Assembly: GCA_025211115.1 (NCBI GenBank)
Contig: JAOARA010000176.1
Span: forward strand, 1-50,706
DNA from: Roseicyclus sp.
Lineage (GTDB): Bacteria > Pseudomonadota > Alphaproteobacteria > Rhodobacterales > Rhodobacteraceae
DNA: 50,706 nucleotides
Reading direction: 5' to 3'
The notes under the pieces were generated by a model that made no database searches, was not told the origin of the DNA, and saw only the letters and a program-made list of their open reading frames with translations. Positions 37,640 to 47,513 of the stretch are shown piece after piece (position 1 is the first letter of the stretch; each line of letters opens with the position of its first letter). The position numbers were made by a program, and so were the translations under genes.

Positions 37640-37822
37640 ATGCATCACGCCGATCTCGTGCAATACGCCCGCAGCCTCTACGACGCCCACGGCGACAGGG
37701 CCGAGGCCGAGGCCGCGCAAAAGGCCGCCGCCGCGCGCCATGACGGCAAATCCGACGATGCCGCGAAATGGGACAAGATCAGGTTCCACATCAAGGAGTT
37801 GCGCGGCCCCCGCGTGACCTGA
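37640..37822 (+). CDS. Small hypothetical protein (60 aa)
   Basis: GGAGGAG SD; YARSLYDAHGDRAEAEAAQKA...W..IR..I.ELRG; GC3-rich codons. Confidence 0.75.
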   Translation: MHHADLVQYARSLYDAHGDRAEAEAAQKAAAARHDGKSDDAAKWDKIRFHIKELRGPRVT

Positions 37823-37914
37823 CCCGGCAGCGCCCCGAACCGGCCCGTCATCTGCGGCATCCGATCCCCCCCGCGGGACTGGACCGGCCGGGCCCGCCGC
37901 CTAACTGGCGGGGC

Positions 37915-38304
37915 ATGACCCTGATCGCCCTGCTTGCCACCGCCAGCCTGTTCGGCGGCATGATCTTCTTCAGCTTCGGCTTCGCGCCGGTGCTCTTCGC
38001 GCAACTGCCGCCCGACCGGGTGCGCCCGATCCTGCGCGGCACCTTTCCGTTCTACTATCTCGCCGTGATCGCGCTGGCCGGTCTTGCCGCGCTGGCCGCC
38101 CTGCCCGTCTCGCCCCTGACCGCGGCGCTTCTGGCCGGGATCGCCGCCAGCACGCTCTATGCGCGCCAGGACCTGATGGGCCGCATCAACGCGGCCACGG
38201 ATCGCGGCGACCGCCGCGCCTTCGGGCTGCTGCACGAGGTATCGGTGGCGATCCAGCTGGCCCAGATCGGGCTTGCGGGCTGGGCCGTCGCCCTGCTGGC
38301 CTGA
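37915..38304 (+). CDS. DUF4149 membrane protein
   Basis: LFGGMIFFSFGFAPVLF, LRGTFPFYY, RINAATD, FGLLHEVS; four TM helices. Confidence 0.82.
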   Translation: MTLIALLATASLFGGMIFFSFGFAPVLFAQLPPDRVRPILRGTFPFYYLAVIALAGLAALAALPVSPLTAALLAGIAASTLYARQDLMGRINAATDRGDRRAFGLLHEVSVAIQLAQIGLAGWAVALLA

Positions 38305-38314
38305 GTGCCGCCGC

Positions 38315-39094
38315 TCAGGCGACCTCGGCCACGGGCATCGGGCGCTTGCCCTCGGCCCAGGCCCGCGCCGCGGCGCCGAAGGCTTCGAAGAGGGGGCGCG
38401 ACACCGGGTCCTGCGCCGCGCGATACTCGGGGTGCCACTGCACCGACAGGGTGAAGCCCGGCGCGCCCTTCACGTAGATCGCCTCGGGCGTGCCGTCGGG
38501 CGCATGGCCGTCGATCACGATCCGGCAACCGGGGGTCTTGATCCCCTGCCCGTGCAGCGTGTTGGTCATCACCTCGACCGAGCCCATCAGCCGGTGAAAC
38601 GGCCCGCCCTCGGTGAAACTCACCACGTGGCGCAGCGCGAATTTCTCCTCGATCGTGCCATCGGGGGGCATCCGGTGGTTCATGCGCCCCGGCAGATCAC
38701 GGATCTCGGGATGGAGCGTGCCGCCCATCGCCACGTTCACCTCCTGGAAGCCGCGGCAGACGCCGAGAAACGGCTGCCCCCGCTCCACGCAGGCCCGGAT
38801 CAGCGGCAGCGCCACCGCGTCGCGCGCCCGGTCAAAGGCGCCATGCGCCTCGGTCGCGGCCTCGCCGTATTCCTCGGGATGGACGTTGGGCCGCCCGCCG
38901 GTGAAGAGGAACCCGTCGCAGACCTCCATCAACTCGGCCACGCAGACGAAGCGCGGATCTGCGGGGATCACCAGCGGCAACCCGCCCGCCACCTCGGCCA
39001 CGGCTTCCGAGTTCATCGTGCCGCCCGCATGGGTGGAATACTGATCGTTGATCAGATGATGATTGCCGATGATGCCGATCACGGGCCGTGCCAT
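38315..39094 (-). CDS. Gamma-glutamyl-gamma-aminobutyrate hydrolase family (peptidase C26, class I glutamine amidotransferase-like)
   Basis: RPVIGI, FTGGRPNVHP, LGVCRGFQEVNV, VQWHPE triad motifs. Confidence 0.9.
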   Translation of the reverse strand: MARPVIGIIGNHHLINDQYSTHAGGTMNSEAVAEVAGGLPLVIPADPRFVCVAELMEVCDGFLFTGGRPNVHPEEYGEAATEAHGAFDRARDAVALPLIRACVERGQPFLGVCRGFQEVNVAMGGTLHPEIRDLPGRMNHRMPPDGTIEEKFALRHVVSFTEGGPFHRLMGSVEVMTNTLHGQGIKTPGCRIVIDGHAPDGTPEAIYVKGAPGFTLSVQWHPEYRAAQDPVSRPLFEAFGAAARAWAEGKRPMPVAEVA

Positions 39095-39235
39095 GCGCGC
39101 TCCTCTCTGTCTCGTGTCCAGATGTAGCGCCGTTGTGCAGGGACGGAAAGCCACAGGGCGCGCAGAGCCGCCCTGCACAGGTGCAGATGCACAGGAAAAA
39201 GGCAGGCCGCGCCCGAAGCGCGCAGCCCCGCCGGC

Positions 39236-39655
39236 TCAGGCCAGCGCCTCGAGCCCCGCCGCCTCGATGCCCGCGACCGCCGCGGCCGCGTCATTGTCGG
39301 AGGTGTCGCCGGTCACGCCCACGGCCCCGAGCACCGCGCCGTCCTTCATCACCAGCACGCCGCCCGGCACCGGCACGAGTTTGCCGCCGAACGCGCCGTT
39401 CACCGCGGCCATGAAATAGGCCTGCCCCTCGGCGCGGGCCATCTGCGCCGAGCCGGGCATCCCCAGCATCACCGCGCCATAGGCCTTGCCGCGCGCGATC
39501 TCGAACCGCCCCGGAGAGGCCCCATCCTCCCGCTCGAAGGCCAGCAGATGCCCGCCCGCGTCCAGCACGCAGACCGACAGCGGCTTCAGCCCCATCTCGC
39601 GCCCCTTCTCCCGCGCGACCGACACCATCACCCGCGCCTGATCCAGTGAAATCAT
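39236..39655 (-). CDS. GlcG/HbpS family heme-binding protein
   Basis: SVCVLDAGGHLLAFEREDG, IARGKAY, PVPGGV, GAVGVTGDTSDND; downstream of glcB. Confidence 0.88.
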   Translation of the reverse strand: MISLDQARVMVSVAREKGREMGLKPLSVCVLDAGGHLLAFEREDGASPGRFEIARGKAYGAVMLGMPGSAQMARAEGQAYFMAAVNGAFGGKLVPVPGGVLVMKDGAVLGAVGVTGDTSDNDAAAAVAGIEAAGLEALA

Positions 39656-39690
39656 CTCAACCCTCCATTAAGGTTAACGCGCGCGCCCAC

Positions 39691-39714
39691 CCCTTCATCT
39701 TCCCCCAAATACGG
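39691..39714 (-). repeat. Dispersed intergenic repeat (cccttcatcttcccccaaatacgg on +)
   Basis: Identical to the reverse complement of 35706-35729. Confidence 0.85.
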
Positions 39715-39755
39715 ACTTCGGGAGCAACGGGACCGGCGCGCGCAACGTCCGTGGT

Positions 39756-41900
39756 TCACGCCGATTTCAGCTCGAGCCGCCGGGCATGCAGCACCGGCTC
39801 GGTATAGCCCGAAGGCTGCTCGCGCCCCTTGAACACCAGGTCACAGGCCGCGGCAAAGGCTATCCCGTTGAACCCCGGCGCCATCGGCACATAGCCCGCA
39901 TCGCCCTCGTTCTGGCGATCCACCACGGCGGCCATGCGGCGCATGATCTCCATCACCTGCGTCTCCGAGACGACGCCGTGATGCATCCAGTTGGCGATAT
40001 GCTGCGCCGAGATGCGGCAGGTCGCGCGATCCTCCATCAGCGCCACGTCGTTGATGTCGGGCACCTTGGAACAGCCCACACCGGCGTCGATCCAGCGCAC
40101 GACATAGCCCAGGATGCCTTGGGCGTTGTTCTCGACCTCGCGCGTGATCTGCGCCTCGGACCAGCGCCGGTAGCTTGCCAGCGGAATGTCCAGCAGCGCG
40201 GTGACATAGGCGCGCCTTCCGCCCGCCTCGAGCTTCTCCTGAACGGCGGCCACGTTGACCTGGTGGTAATGCAGTGCGTGCAGCGTCGCCGCCGTGGGCG
40301 AGGGCACCCAGGCGCAATTGGCCCCCGCGCGCGGATGCTCGATCTTGGCCTCCAGCATCGCGGCCATCGCATCGGGCATGGCCCACATGCCCTTGCCGAT
40401 CTGCGCCCGCCCCCGCAGCCCGCATTCGAGGCCGATGTCGACATTCTGGTTCTCGTAGGCGGTGATCCAGGACTTGCGCTTGATGAAATCCTTGCGCGAG
40501 AACGGTCCCGCCTCCATCGAGGTGTGGATCTCGTCGCCCGTGCGGTCGAGGAAGCCGGTGTTGATGAAGGCCACCCGGTGCTTCGCCGCCCGGATGCACT
40601 CCTTCAGATTGACCGAGGTGCGCCGCTCCTCGTCCATGATGCCGAGCTTCACGGTGTAGCGTTCCAGCCCCAGCATCTCCTCGACCATGCCGAAGGTCTC
40701 GTCGGCGAAAGCCACCTCTTCCGGCCCGTGCATCTTGGGCTTCACGACATAGACCGACCCCGCGACCGAGTTGCGCGCGCCCTCGTCCTTCTTCAGGTCA
40801 TGCAGCGCGATCAGCGTGGTGATGACCGCGTCCATCAGCCCCTCGAACGCCTCCGATCCATCCTCCAGCCGGATCGCCGGGTTGGTCATCAGGTGGCCCA
40901 CGTTGCGCACCAGCATCAGCGCGCGGCCCTTGACCGTCATCGCCGAGCCATCGGGCGCGACGTAATCGAGGTCGGGCGACAAGGCCCGCGTCATCTGCGC
41001 GCCGCCCTTCTCGAAGGTCTCGGTCAGGTCGCCCTTCATCAGCCCCAGCCAGTTGCCATAGGCCAGCACCTTGTCCTCGGCATCGACGCAGGCGACCGAA
41101 TCCTCGCAATCCATGATCGCCGAGACGGCGGCTTCCATCCGCACATCCGCGAGCCCCGCCTGGTCGCGCGACCCGATGGGATGCGTGCGGTCGAAGACCA
41201 GTTCCACATGCAGCCCGTTGTTGACCAGCAGCACCCGCTCGGGCGCCTTGGGATGGCCGCGGTAGCCCGCGAATTTCGCCGGATCTTCCAGCGGCTTGTC
41301 GTCGATCAGCAGCTGGCCGCGGTCGACGTGGTAGCGCCGCGCATCGGCGTGGGAATGCCCCTCGACCGGAAAGGCGCTGTCGAGGAAGACGCGCGCCCGC
41401 GCCACCACCCGCGCCCCGCGCCCGCGGTCATAGCCGCCGGGCTTGGGCAGGCTGCCCATGGCATCCGTGCCGTAGAACGCGTCATAGAGGCTCCCCCAGC
41501 GCGCATTGGCCGCGTTCAGCGCGAAACGCGCGTTGGTGATCGGCACCACCAGCTGCGGGCCCGCGACCGTGGCGATCTCGGGGTCGATCTTCGAGGTGTC
41601 GATGGAAAACGCCTCCCCCTCGGGGAGGAGGTAGCCGATGTCGCGCAGGAACTCCTGGTAGGCATCGCCGTCAAAGGGCTGCCCCCGGCGCGCGATATGC
41701 CATTGGTCGATCTTTTCCTGCAGCGACTGCCGCTTGTCCAGAAGCGCCCGATTCTTCGCGGCCAGCCCGTTCAGGATCTCCGACATCCCGTCCCAGAACC
41801 GCGCGGGCTCCACGCCCGTGCCGGGCAGGGCCTGTTCCTCGATGAAGGCCGCCAGCCCCTCGGCCACCTCGAGGGACGCGCGTTTCACATAGCCTGTCAT
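39756..41900 (-). CDS. glcB: Malate synthase G
   Basis: [64 protein letters not shown]. Confidence 0.97.
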   Translation of the reverse strand: MTGYVKRASLEVAEGLAAFIEEQALPGTGVEPARFWDGMSEILNGLAAKNRALLDKRQSLQEKIDQWHIARRGQPFDGDAYQEFLRDIGYLLPEGEAFSIDTSKIDPEIATVAGPQLVVPITNARFALNAANARWGSLYDAFYGTDAMGSLPKPGGYDRGRGARVVARARVFLDSAFPVEGHSHADARRYHVDRGQLLIDDKPLEDPAKFAGYRGHPKAPERVLLVNNGLHVELVFDRTHPIGSRDQAGLADVRMEAAVSAIMDCEDSVACVDAEDKVLAYGNWLGLMKGDLTETFEKGGAQMTRALSPDLDYVAPDGSAMTVKGRALMLVRNVGHLMTNPAIRLEDGSEAFEGLMDAVITTLIALHDLKKDEGARNSVAGSVYVVKPKMHGPEEVAFADETFGMVEEMLGLERYTVKLGIMDEERRTSVNLKECIRAAKHRVAFINTGFLDRTGDEIHTSMEAGPFSRKDFIKRKSWITAYENQNVDIGLECGLRGRAQIGKGMWAMPDAMAAMLEAKIEHPRAGANCAWVPSPTAATLHALHYHQVNVAAVQEKLEAGGRRAYVTALLDIPLASYRRWSEAQITREVENNAQGILGYVVRWIDAGVGCSKVPDINDVALMEDRATCRISAQHIANWMHHGVVSETQVMEIMRRMAAVVDRQNEGDAGYVPMAPGFNGIAFAAACDLVFKGREQPSGYTEPVLHARRLELKSA

Positions 41901-42121
41901 GGTGTTTTCCTCGCTTGCCGTTGCATTGCGTATGCCGCCGCATACCACCCGAGGCGCGGATTACGAAAAAAGTTTCCGATAGGCAACAAGCCGAGGTGAA
42001 AGCCGCGCGCGCACCCCTCGGGGCCGGGGTCGCTGCCCCCGAACATGCACCTCCGACAGACCGGCGCGCCGCGCCCAACGGGGCGATACGGCCCCGTTCC
42101 CGCGCAACCACGCCCGCGGCG

Positions 42122-43027
42122 TCAGCCGATCCAGCCCAGCGCCGCATCCTCGGTCAGGCGGGGCAGCACGGGCGCGTCATGGGTGACATCCGCCTCGGGC
42201 CAATCCTTCGGCCGATCCCCCGACAGGTCGGGCGCAAGAAGGCTCGCCACCGCCATCCCGGCGGCATGGATCAGCGCATGTTCCGGCAACAGCAGCTGGT
42301 GCCAGCTGACCGCCCCGCCGAACTCGCGCCCCGCCCGCCCCGTCCGCTCGAACACCGACGCGGGCACAAGCGCCTCCGCCCCGGCCTTCTCGATGCGCAG
42401 GTATTGCGTGGCGGGCACCAGGATATCCTCGGTCAGCCCCAGCAGGTCACGCGGCAGGCGCAGCGGCGCGGCCAGCCCACGGGCCGGCAGGCGTTGAACC
42501 CCGTGCCACAGCACGGGCCGGAACTGCCCGGCTTCGGTCCAGACCCGCTCGCCGGGCGCGATATCCTCGACGGGGCGCTTGCCCCGCTCGGTCAGGATGC
42601 GCGTGCCCGCCGCAAGCGCGCCCGCGCGCAGGATGGCCTCCCCCCCTTCGGGCAGGTCAAGCGACAGCGCCAGCTCCTGCCCCTGCTTGAGCGGCAGTGT
42701 CGAGGTGATGACCATCAGAGGCGCATCCCGGACGCTTTCGTCCTCCCGCATCTCCGGCTCGAGCCGGTAGGCCGTCAGCCGCAGACCACGCCGCACGTCC
42801 GCCAGCGTCCAGAGCGGCAGCACCCGCACCCCCGCATCGAACGCCCGCCCGCCGATCTCGAGCGGCGCGGCCAGCCTGTCGCCGTCGATCTTCATCGGGA
42901 CGGGCCGCGCATGCTGCGACAGCCGCGTGGGGATCTGCACGACGGTCTGCGCCACGGCCAGCGGATCGTCCGGCAAGGGCCCTGCGAATTGTTCGGGAAA
43001 ATAAGCGTAGCGCACGACCTGTGCCAA
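42122..43027 (-). CDS. Hint (intein-like) domain-containing protein with degenerate active site
   Basis: C-terminal half: GTRILTERGKRPVEDIAPGERVWT..G..RPVLW, DILV...Q, LLLPEHALIHAAG..VASL, matching the alphaproteobacterial Hint_2 pattern; TTG start uncertain. Confidence 0.75.
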   Translation of the reverse strand: MAQVVRYAYFPEQFAGPLPDDPLAVAQTVVQIPTRLSQHARPVPMKIDGDRLAAPLEIGGRAFDAGVRVLPLWTLADVRRGLRLTAYRLEPEMREDESVRDAPLMVITSTLPLKQGQELALSLDLPEGGEAILRAGALAAGTRILTERGKRPVEDIAPGERVWTEAGQFRPVLWHGVQRLPARGLAAPLRLPRDLLGLTEDILVPATQYLRIEKAGAEALVPASVFERTGRAGREFGGAVSWHQLLLPEHALIHAAGMAVASLLAPDLSGDRPKDWPEADVTHDAPVLPRLTEDAALGWIG

Positions 43028-43066
43028 ATTCGTTACCGCACTCTTCTGGGGCGTGCCCGTTTCGGG

Positions 43067-43252
43067 TCAGCCGCGACGCCCCGCCTCACGCGCCCCACCC
43101 TGCGCCCCCAAGGATCGCGTGTCGCGGCACTTGCGGGAACAATACCTTACCTCGTCCCACACCTTTTCCCACTTCTTACGCCAGGTAAAGGGCCGCCCGC
43201 AGGTCACGCAGGTCTTTTGCGGCAGGTCGCGCTTCTTTTGCATCTTGGCCAT
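43067..43252 (-). CDS. DUF2256 small Zn-finger-like protein
   Basis: [34 protein letters not shown]. Confidence 0.9.
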   Translation of the reverse strand: MAKMQKKRDLPQKTCVTCGRPFTWRKKWEKVWDEVRYCSRKCRDTRSLGAQGGAREAGRRG

Positions 43253-43296
43253 GAGGGGCGCAGCTAGCGCGCGGCCCCGCCCCGGCCAGAGCGCGC

Positions 43297-45900
43297 TCAA
43301 CTGCCCCGGATGCGCCCGACCATCTCGGCCAGGTCGCGGCTCAGGCCCTCGGCCGCGGCGATGCGGTCCAATTCGGCGGCAATCAAATCCTGCCGGTCGG
43401 CGTCATAGCGCCGCCAGGTCTCATAGGCCGTGGACATCCGCGCCGCGGTCTGCGGGTTCTTGGCGTCCACCTTCAACAGCCAGTCGGCAAGGAACCGGTA
43501 ACCCGCCCCCGAGGGGTCATGGAACCCCGCCGGGTTTCCGGCGGTCAGCCCGCCGATGACCGAGCGGAAGCGGTTGGGGTTCTTCCAGTCGAAGAGCGGG
43601 TGTTCCGTCAGCCGTTCGGCAGTGGCGACCGCCTCTTCCGGCTCGGCATGGGCAACCTGCACCATGAACCACTTGTCCATCACCAGCCGGTCTCTCTTCC
43701 AGCGGTCGTGGAAGCGCGCGGCGATGTCGGTATCGCCCGCCTCGAGCAGCGCGGCGAAGGCCGCCATCTCGTCGGTCATGTTGGTCGCCGCCGCGTAGCG
43801 CGCCTGCGCCCGCTCAGGGCCTTCGACGCGGACAAGCAGCATCAGCGCCGCGTTGCGCAAGGCACGTTTCGCCGCCTGTTCGGCGTCGGGGGAGTAGTCG
43901 GGGCCGGGGTCCATCGCGTCATGGAGTTCCGCCAGCACCGGGCGCAGCGCCTCGGCCATCGCCGTCTGCAGCGCGCGGCGAACGCCGTGGATCGCCACGG
44001 GGTCCGGCACCACGCCCGCGTCATGGGCGGCCTGCGCGATGTCATCCTCGGACGGCAGCGCCAAAGCCAGCGCGCGATAGGCGGGGTCGAGCGTCTCGGT
44101 GGTCAAGAGCGTCGCCAAGGCGTCGAACAGCGCCGGGTCGGGTGCCGCCCCGTCGGTCAGCATCGCCAGCAGCGTCTCGCGCATCAGGCTGCGGCCCGCC
44201 TCCCAGCGGTTGAACGGGTCGGGGTCATGAGCCAGCAACACCAGCCGGTCAGGCCGCGACAGCGGCGCATCAAGGATTACCGGCGCGGAAAACCCGCGCA
44301 GAAGCGAGGGGATCACGCGCTCGGGCATGGCAACGCCCGCCCGCTCCGCCATCCCCGCGATGTCGAACTCCAGCTCCGCCTCCGGCCCGTCGAGCACCAC
44401 CAGCGTCTCCGGCAACAGCTCGGTCCCGTCGGGCGCAAGCAGCCCCAGCGCCACCGGGATCACCACGGGTTCCTTGAGCGGCTGGCCGGGCGTCTCGGGC
44501 AGCTCCTGGGCCAGCGTCATCTTCAGCGTGCCGCCCGTCCGCGCCCAGCGCGCGCTCACCCGCGGCGTGCCCGCCTGCGTGTACCAGCGCTTGAACTGCG
44601 AGAGATCCCGGCGCGTCACATCCTCGAACACCGCCAGCCAATCCTCGATCGTGCAGGCCTGCCCGTCATGCCGCCGGAAATACTCGTCCAGCGCCGCCCG
44701 GTAACCATCGGCCCCCACAAGCCGGTGCAGCATCCCGATCACCTCGGCGCCCTTCTCGTAGACGGGCGCGGTGTAGAAATTGTTGATCTCGACGTAAGCA
44801 TCGGGCCGCACGTTATGCGCCAGCGGCCCCGCATCCTCGCGGAACTGGCGCGCGCGCAGCTGCAGCACCTCCTCGATCCGCTTCACGGGCGCGCTGCGCA
44901 TGTCGGCGCTGAACTGCTGGTCGCGGAAGACGGTCAGCCCCTCCTTCAGGCACAGCTGGAACCAGTCGCGGCAGGTGATGCGGTTGCCGGTCCAGTTGTG
45001 GAAATACTCATGCGCGACAATGCCTTCGATGAAATCGTAATCCCGGTCGGTCGCGGTCTCGGGCGTGGCCAGCACGAACTTGGAGTTGAAGATGTTCAAC
45101 CCCTTGTTCTCCATCGCGCCCATGTTGAAATCGTCGACGGCGACGATGTTGAACACGTCCAGATCGTATTCGCGCCCGTACACCTCTTCGTCCCAGCGCA
45201 TCGAGCGTTTCAGCGCATCCATCGCGTAGGCGCATTTGCCCTCGTCGCCGGGGCGCACCCAGATGTTCAGCGCCACCTCGCGCCCCGACATGGTGGTGAA
45301 GCTGTCGGAATGGGCCACCAGCTCCCCCGCGACCAAGGCAAAGAGGTAGGCGGGCTTGGGCCAAGGGTCATGCCATTCGGCCCAACCCTCGCCCGAGGCC
45401 ACCGGGTTGCCGTTCGACAGAAGCACGGGCAGATCGCTCTCGATCCGCACGGTGAAGGGGGCCATCACGTCGGGCCGGTCGGGGTAGAAGGTGATCTTGC
45501 GAAACCCCTCGGCCTCGCATTGGGTGCAGAACATGCCGGTCGAGGTATAAAGCCCCTCCAGCGCGGGGTTGTCCTCCGGGGCGATCTCGACCTCCGCCTC
45601 CCAGGTGAACGCCCCCTCGGGCAGCCGCGCCGCGGGCACGGTCAGCCCCTCGGCGGTCAGCAGGTAGTCGAGCGCGGTCAGCGGCTCCCCGTCGATGGAG
45701 CAGGAGATCAGCCGAACCCCCTCACCGTCGAGATGCAGGTTGCCATCCTCCAGCCCCTCGGGGTTGGCGCGGAAGCGGACCCGCGACAGGACGCGGGTGC
45801 CCTTGGGCTGCAACCGAAAGGTCAGCCGAACCTCCTCCACGAGATACGAGGGCGGGCGGTAATCGGCCAGGTGGATCGGCTGGGGGGCTGCGTCTTTCAT
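43297..45900 (-). CDS. pepN: Aminopeptidase N
   Basis: [33 protein letters not shown] (HEXXH-18-E), YEKGAEV, NPNRFRS. Confidence 0.97.
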   Translation of the reverse strand: MKDAAPQPIHLADYRPPSYLVEEVRLTFRLQPKGTRVLSRVRFRANPEGLEDGNLHLDGEGVRLISCSIDGEPLTALDYLLTAEGLTVPAARLPEGAFTWEAEVEIAPEDNPALEGLYTSTGMFCTQCEAEGFRKITFYPDRPDVMAPFTVRIESDLPVLLSNGNPVASGEGWAEWHDPWPKPAYLFALVAGELVAHSDSFTTMSGREVALNIWVRPGDEGKCAYAMDALKRSMRWDEEVYGREYDLDVFNIVAVDDFNMGAMENKGLNIFNSKFVLATPETATDRDYDFIEGIVAHEYFHNWTGNRITCRDWFQLCLKEGLTVFRDQQFSADMRSAPVKRIEEVLQLRARQFREDAGPLAHNVRPDAYVEINNFYTAPVYEKGAEVIGMLHRLVGADGYRAALDEYFRRHDGQACTIEDWLAVFEDVTRRDLSQFKRWYTQAGTPRVSARWARTGGTLKMTLAQELPETPGQPLKEPVVIPVALGLLAPDGTELLPETLVVLDGPEAELEFDIAGMAERAGVAMPERVIPSLLRGFSAPVILDAPLSRPDRLVLLAHDPDPFNRWEAGRSLMRETLLAMLTDGAAPDPALFDALATLLTTETLDPAYRALALALPSEDDIAQAAHDAGVVPDPVAIHGVRRALQTAMAEALRPVLAELHDAMDPGPDYSPDAEQAAKRALRNAALMLLVRVEGPERAQARYAAATNMTDEMAAFAALLEAGDTDIAARFHDRWKRDRLVMDKWFMVQVAHAEPEEAVATAERLTEHPLFDWKNPNRFRSVIGGLTAGNPAGFHDPSGAGYRFLADWLLKVDAKNPQTAARMSTAYETWRRYDADRQDLIAAELDRIAAAEGLSRDLAEMVGRIRGS

Positions 45901-45993
45901 CGGGACCTCTCGGGGAACGGACAGGGGACAAGCTAGGCCGCAGCCCGGATGGCCGCAAGCGGACCGCCCGATTCCACCCGGCCCGAAACCCTC

Positions 45994-46011
45994 CTGACAG
46001 AAGGCTGTCAG
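45994..46011. promoter_or_regulatory. Inverted repeat CTGACAG-N4-CTGTCAG, likely operator of the YafY/WYL regulator
   Basis: Perfect 7-bp arms about 50 bp upstream of the VOC-yafY operon. Confidence 0.65.
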
Positions 46012-46063
46012 CAGGGGTATGTCATGACCAAGGGGTCAGTCACATCAACCGGAGTATCCCGAC

Positions 46064-46447
46064 ATGAGTTTCACCCCCGCCCTTCCCGTCGCCTGGACGG
46101 AAATCCCCGTCACCGACCTCGACGCCGGAACCGCCTTTTACGAGACCGTCACCGGCTGCCGCCTCGCGCGGCAGAGCATGGGGCCGAACGACACCGCCGT
46201 CTTCGTCACCGACCCGCCGATGTCGGGCGGCGGCGTGCATCTCTACCCCGGCAAGCCCGCGCCGGGCGGCGTGGGACCGACCGTCCACCTCGCCATCGCG
46301 GACGCGCTGGAAGACGCCATCGCCCGCGTGGCGCCCGCGGGCGGCACCGTCGTGTCGCCCCCCATCCAGATACCGGACGGCCGGTTTGCCTACATCACCG
46401 ACCCCGACGGCAATTCCATCGGGCTTTTCCAAGCGGCGGAGGGCTGA
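46064..46447 (+). CDS. VOC/glyoxalase family protein
   Basis: WTEIPVTDLDAG.AFYE, AGGTVV, GRFAYITDPDGNSIGLF. Confidence 0.9.
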   Translation: MSFTPALPVAWTEIPVTDLDAGTAFYETVTGCRLARQSMGPNDTAVFVTDPPMSGGGVHLYPGKPAPGGVGPTVHLAIADALEDAIARVAPAGGTVVSPPIQIPDGRFAYITDPDGNSIGLFQAAEG

Positions 46448-47166
46448 TGCGCCGGGCCGACCGCCTCTTCCAGATCGTGCAGCACCTGCGCGGCGGTCGG
46501 CTCGTCACCGCGCAGGCACTGGCCGAGCGGCTCGAGGTCAGCACCCGCACGATCTACCGCGACATCGCCGACCTGCAGGGCACGGGCGTCCCGATCGAGG
46601 GCGAGGCGGGCGTGGGCTACATCATGGCGGCGGGTTTCGACCTGCCGCCGCTGATGTTCACCCGCGACGAGGTCACGGCGCTGGTCGCGGGCGCGCGCCT
46701 GCTGCAGGCCTTCGGCGGGGCCGAGATGGGCCGCGCCGCCGAAGAGGCGCTGGTCAAGATCCGCGCCGTCCTGCCCGAGGCCGAACAGGGCCCCGCCCGC
46801 GAGGTGGCGCTGGCGGCCATCGGCATCGGCTTCGACGCGCCCCTGCGCGCGCGGCTCGACGCGCTGCAATCGGCCATCGACGGCAGTCTCCGCCTGCACC
46901 TCGACTACCGCGACGAGGCGGGCCGCCCGAGTGCGCGCAGCGTGCGCCCCTTGGGTCAGCTCTTCTGGGGCAAGGTCTGGACGCTGATCGCATGGTGCGA
47001 GCTGCGCGAGGATTTCCGCATGTTCCGCGCCGACCGGATCGAAGCGATGACACCGGGCGACCGCGTCCGCCCCGAGCGCGGCAAGCGGCTGGTCGATTTC
47101 TACGCCCGGATCGAGGCCGAGAACAGCGCGCAGGACCACGGCCCCCTGCCGCTCCGCCGCCCCTGA
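46447..47166 (+). CDS. YafY-family HTH-WYL transcriptional regulator
   Basis: MRRADRLFQIVQ, LAERLEVSTRTIYRDI, GEAGVGY, WTLIAWCELREDFRMFRADRI; TGATG coupling to the VOC gene. Confidence 0.93.
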   Translation: MRRADRLFQIVQHLRGGRLVTAQALAERLEVSTRTIYRDIADLQGTGVPIEGEAGVGYIMAAGFDLPPLMFTRDEVTALVAGARLLQAFGGAEMGRAAEEALVKIRAVLPEAEQGPAREVALAAIGIGFDAPLRARLDALQSAIDGSLRLHLDYRDEAGRPSARSVRPLGQLFWGKVWTLIAWCELREDFRMFRADRIEAMTPGDRVRPERGKRLVDFYARIEAENSAQDHGPLPLRRP

Positions 47167-47289
47167 CCGGCATCACGACCCCGTGAGTCAAGCCTTGAAG
47201 CCCCCGTAAAGGGCCATAGGTCGCGCCCCTCGCACCACCGGCCATCCACGGCCCGTGGCATCGACAGCAACGCCCGAAGGAGGAACACC

Positions 47290-47466
47290 ATGTCCGCCCC
47301 AAGCACCAATGTCGAAACCGAGGAACGCCGGCACAAGCCGGTTCTCATCGTCCTGCGCGCGCTGATCGCGCTGGCGCTCATCGCCCTTGCGGGCTTCATC
47401 GGTTACCAGATCGGCGTCGCCGGCGACCCGTCGCCCTCGGCCCTGCCGAGCGTCGAGACGAACTGA
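47290..47466 (+). CDS. Small single-TM protein (58 aa)
   Basis: AAGGAGG SD; MSAPSTNVETEERRHKPVLIVLRALIALALIALAGFIGYQIGVAGDPSPSALPSVETN; below the ORF-track length cut-off. Confidence 0.75.
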   Translation: MSAPSTNVETEERRHKPVLIVLRALIALALIALAGFIGYQIGVAGDPSPSALPSVETN

Positions 47467-47478
47467 CGCGAAACCCCT

Positions 47479-47506
47479 TTGACAGGCGCGCGCCGCCTGC
47501 TATCTG
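47479..47506 (+). promoter_or_regulatory. Putative sigma70-type promoter of the photolyase gene
   Basis: TTGACA (47479-84), 16-bp spacer, TATCTG (47501-06), 7 nt before the ATG at 47514. Confidence 0.5.
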
Positions 47507-47513
47507 CCCGCGC

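Noticed and set aside
39668-39678. TTAAGGTTAAC (and lone TTAACC at about 18654 and 20917) as CtrA boxes
   Set aside because: They do not fit TTAA-N7-TTAA; isolated half-sites are too weak to call.
41972-41988. Imperfect palindrome gtttcc-gata-ggcaac upstream of glcB
   Set aside because: Single imperfect instance with no second copy in the window; cannot be assigned to a regulator.
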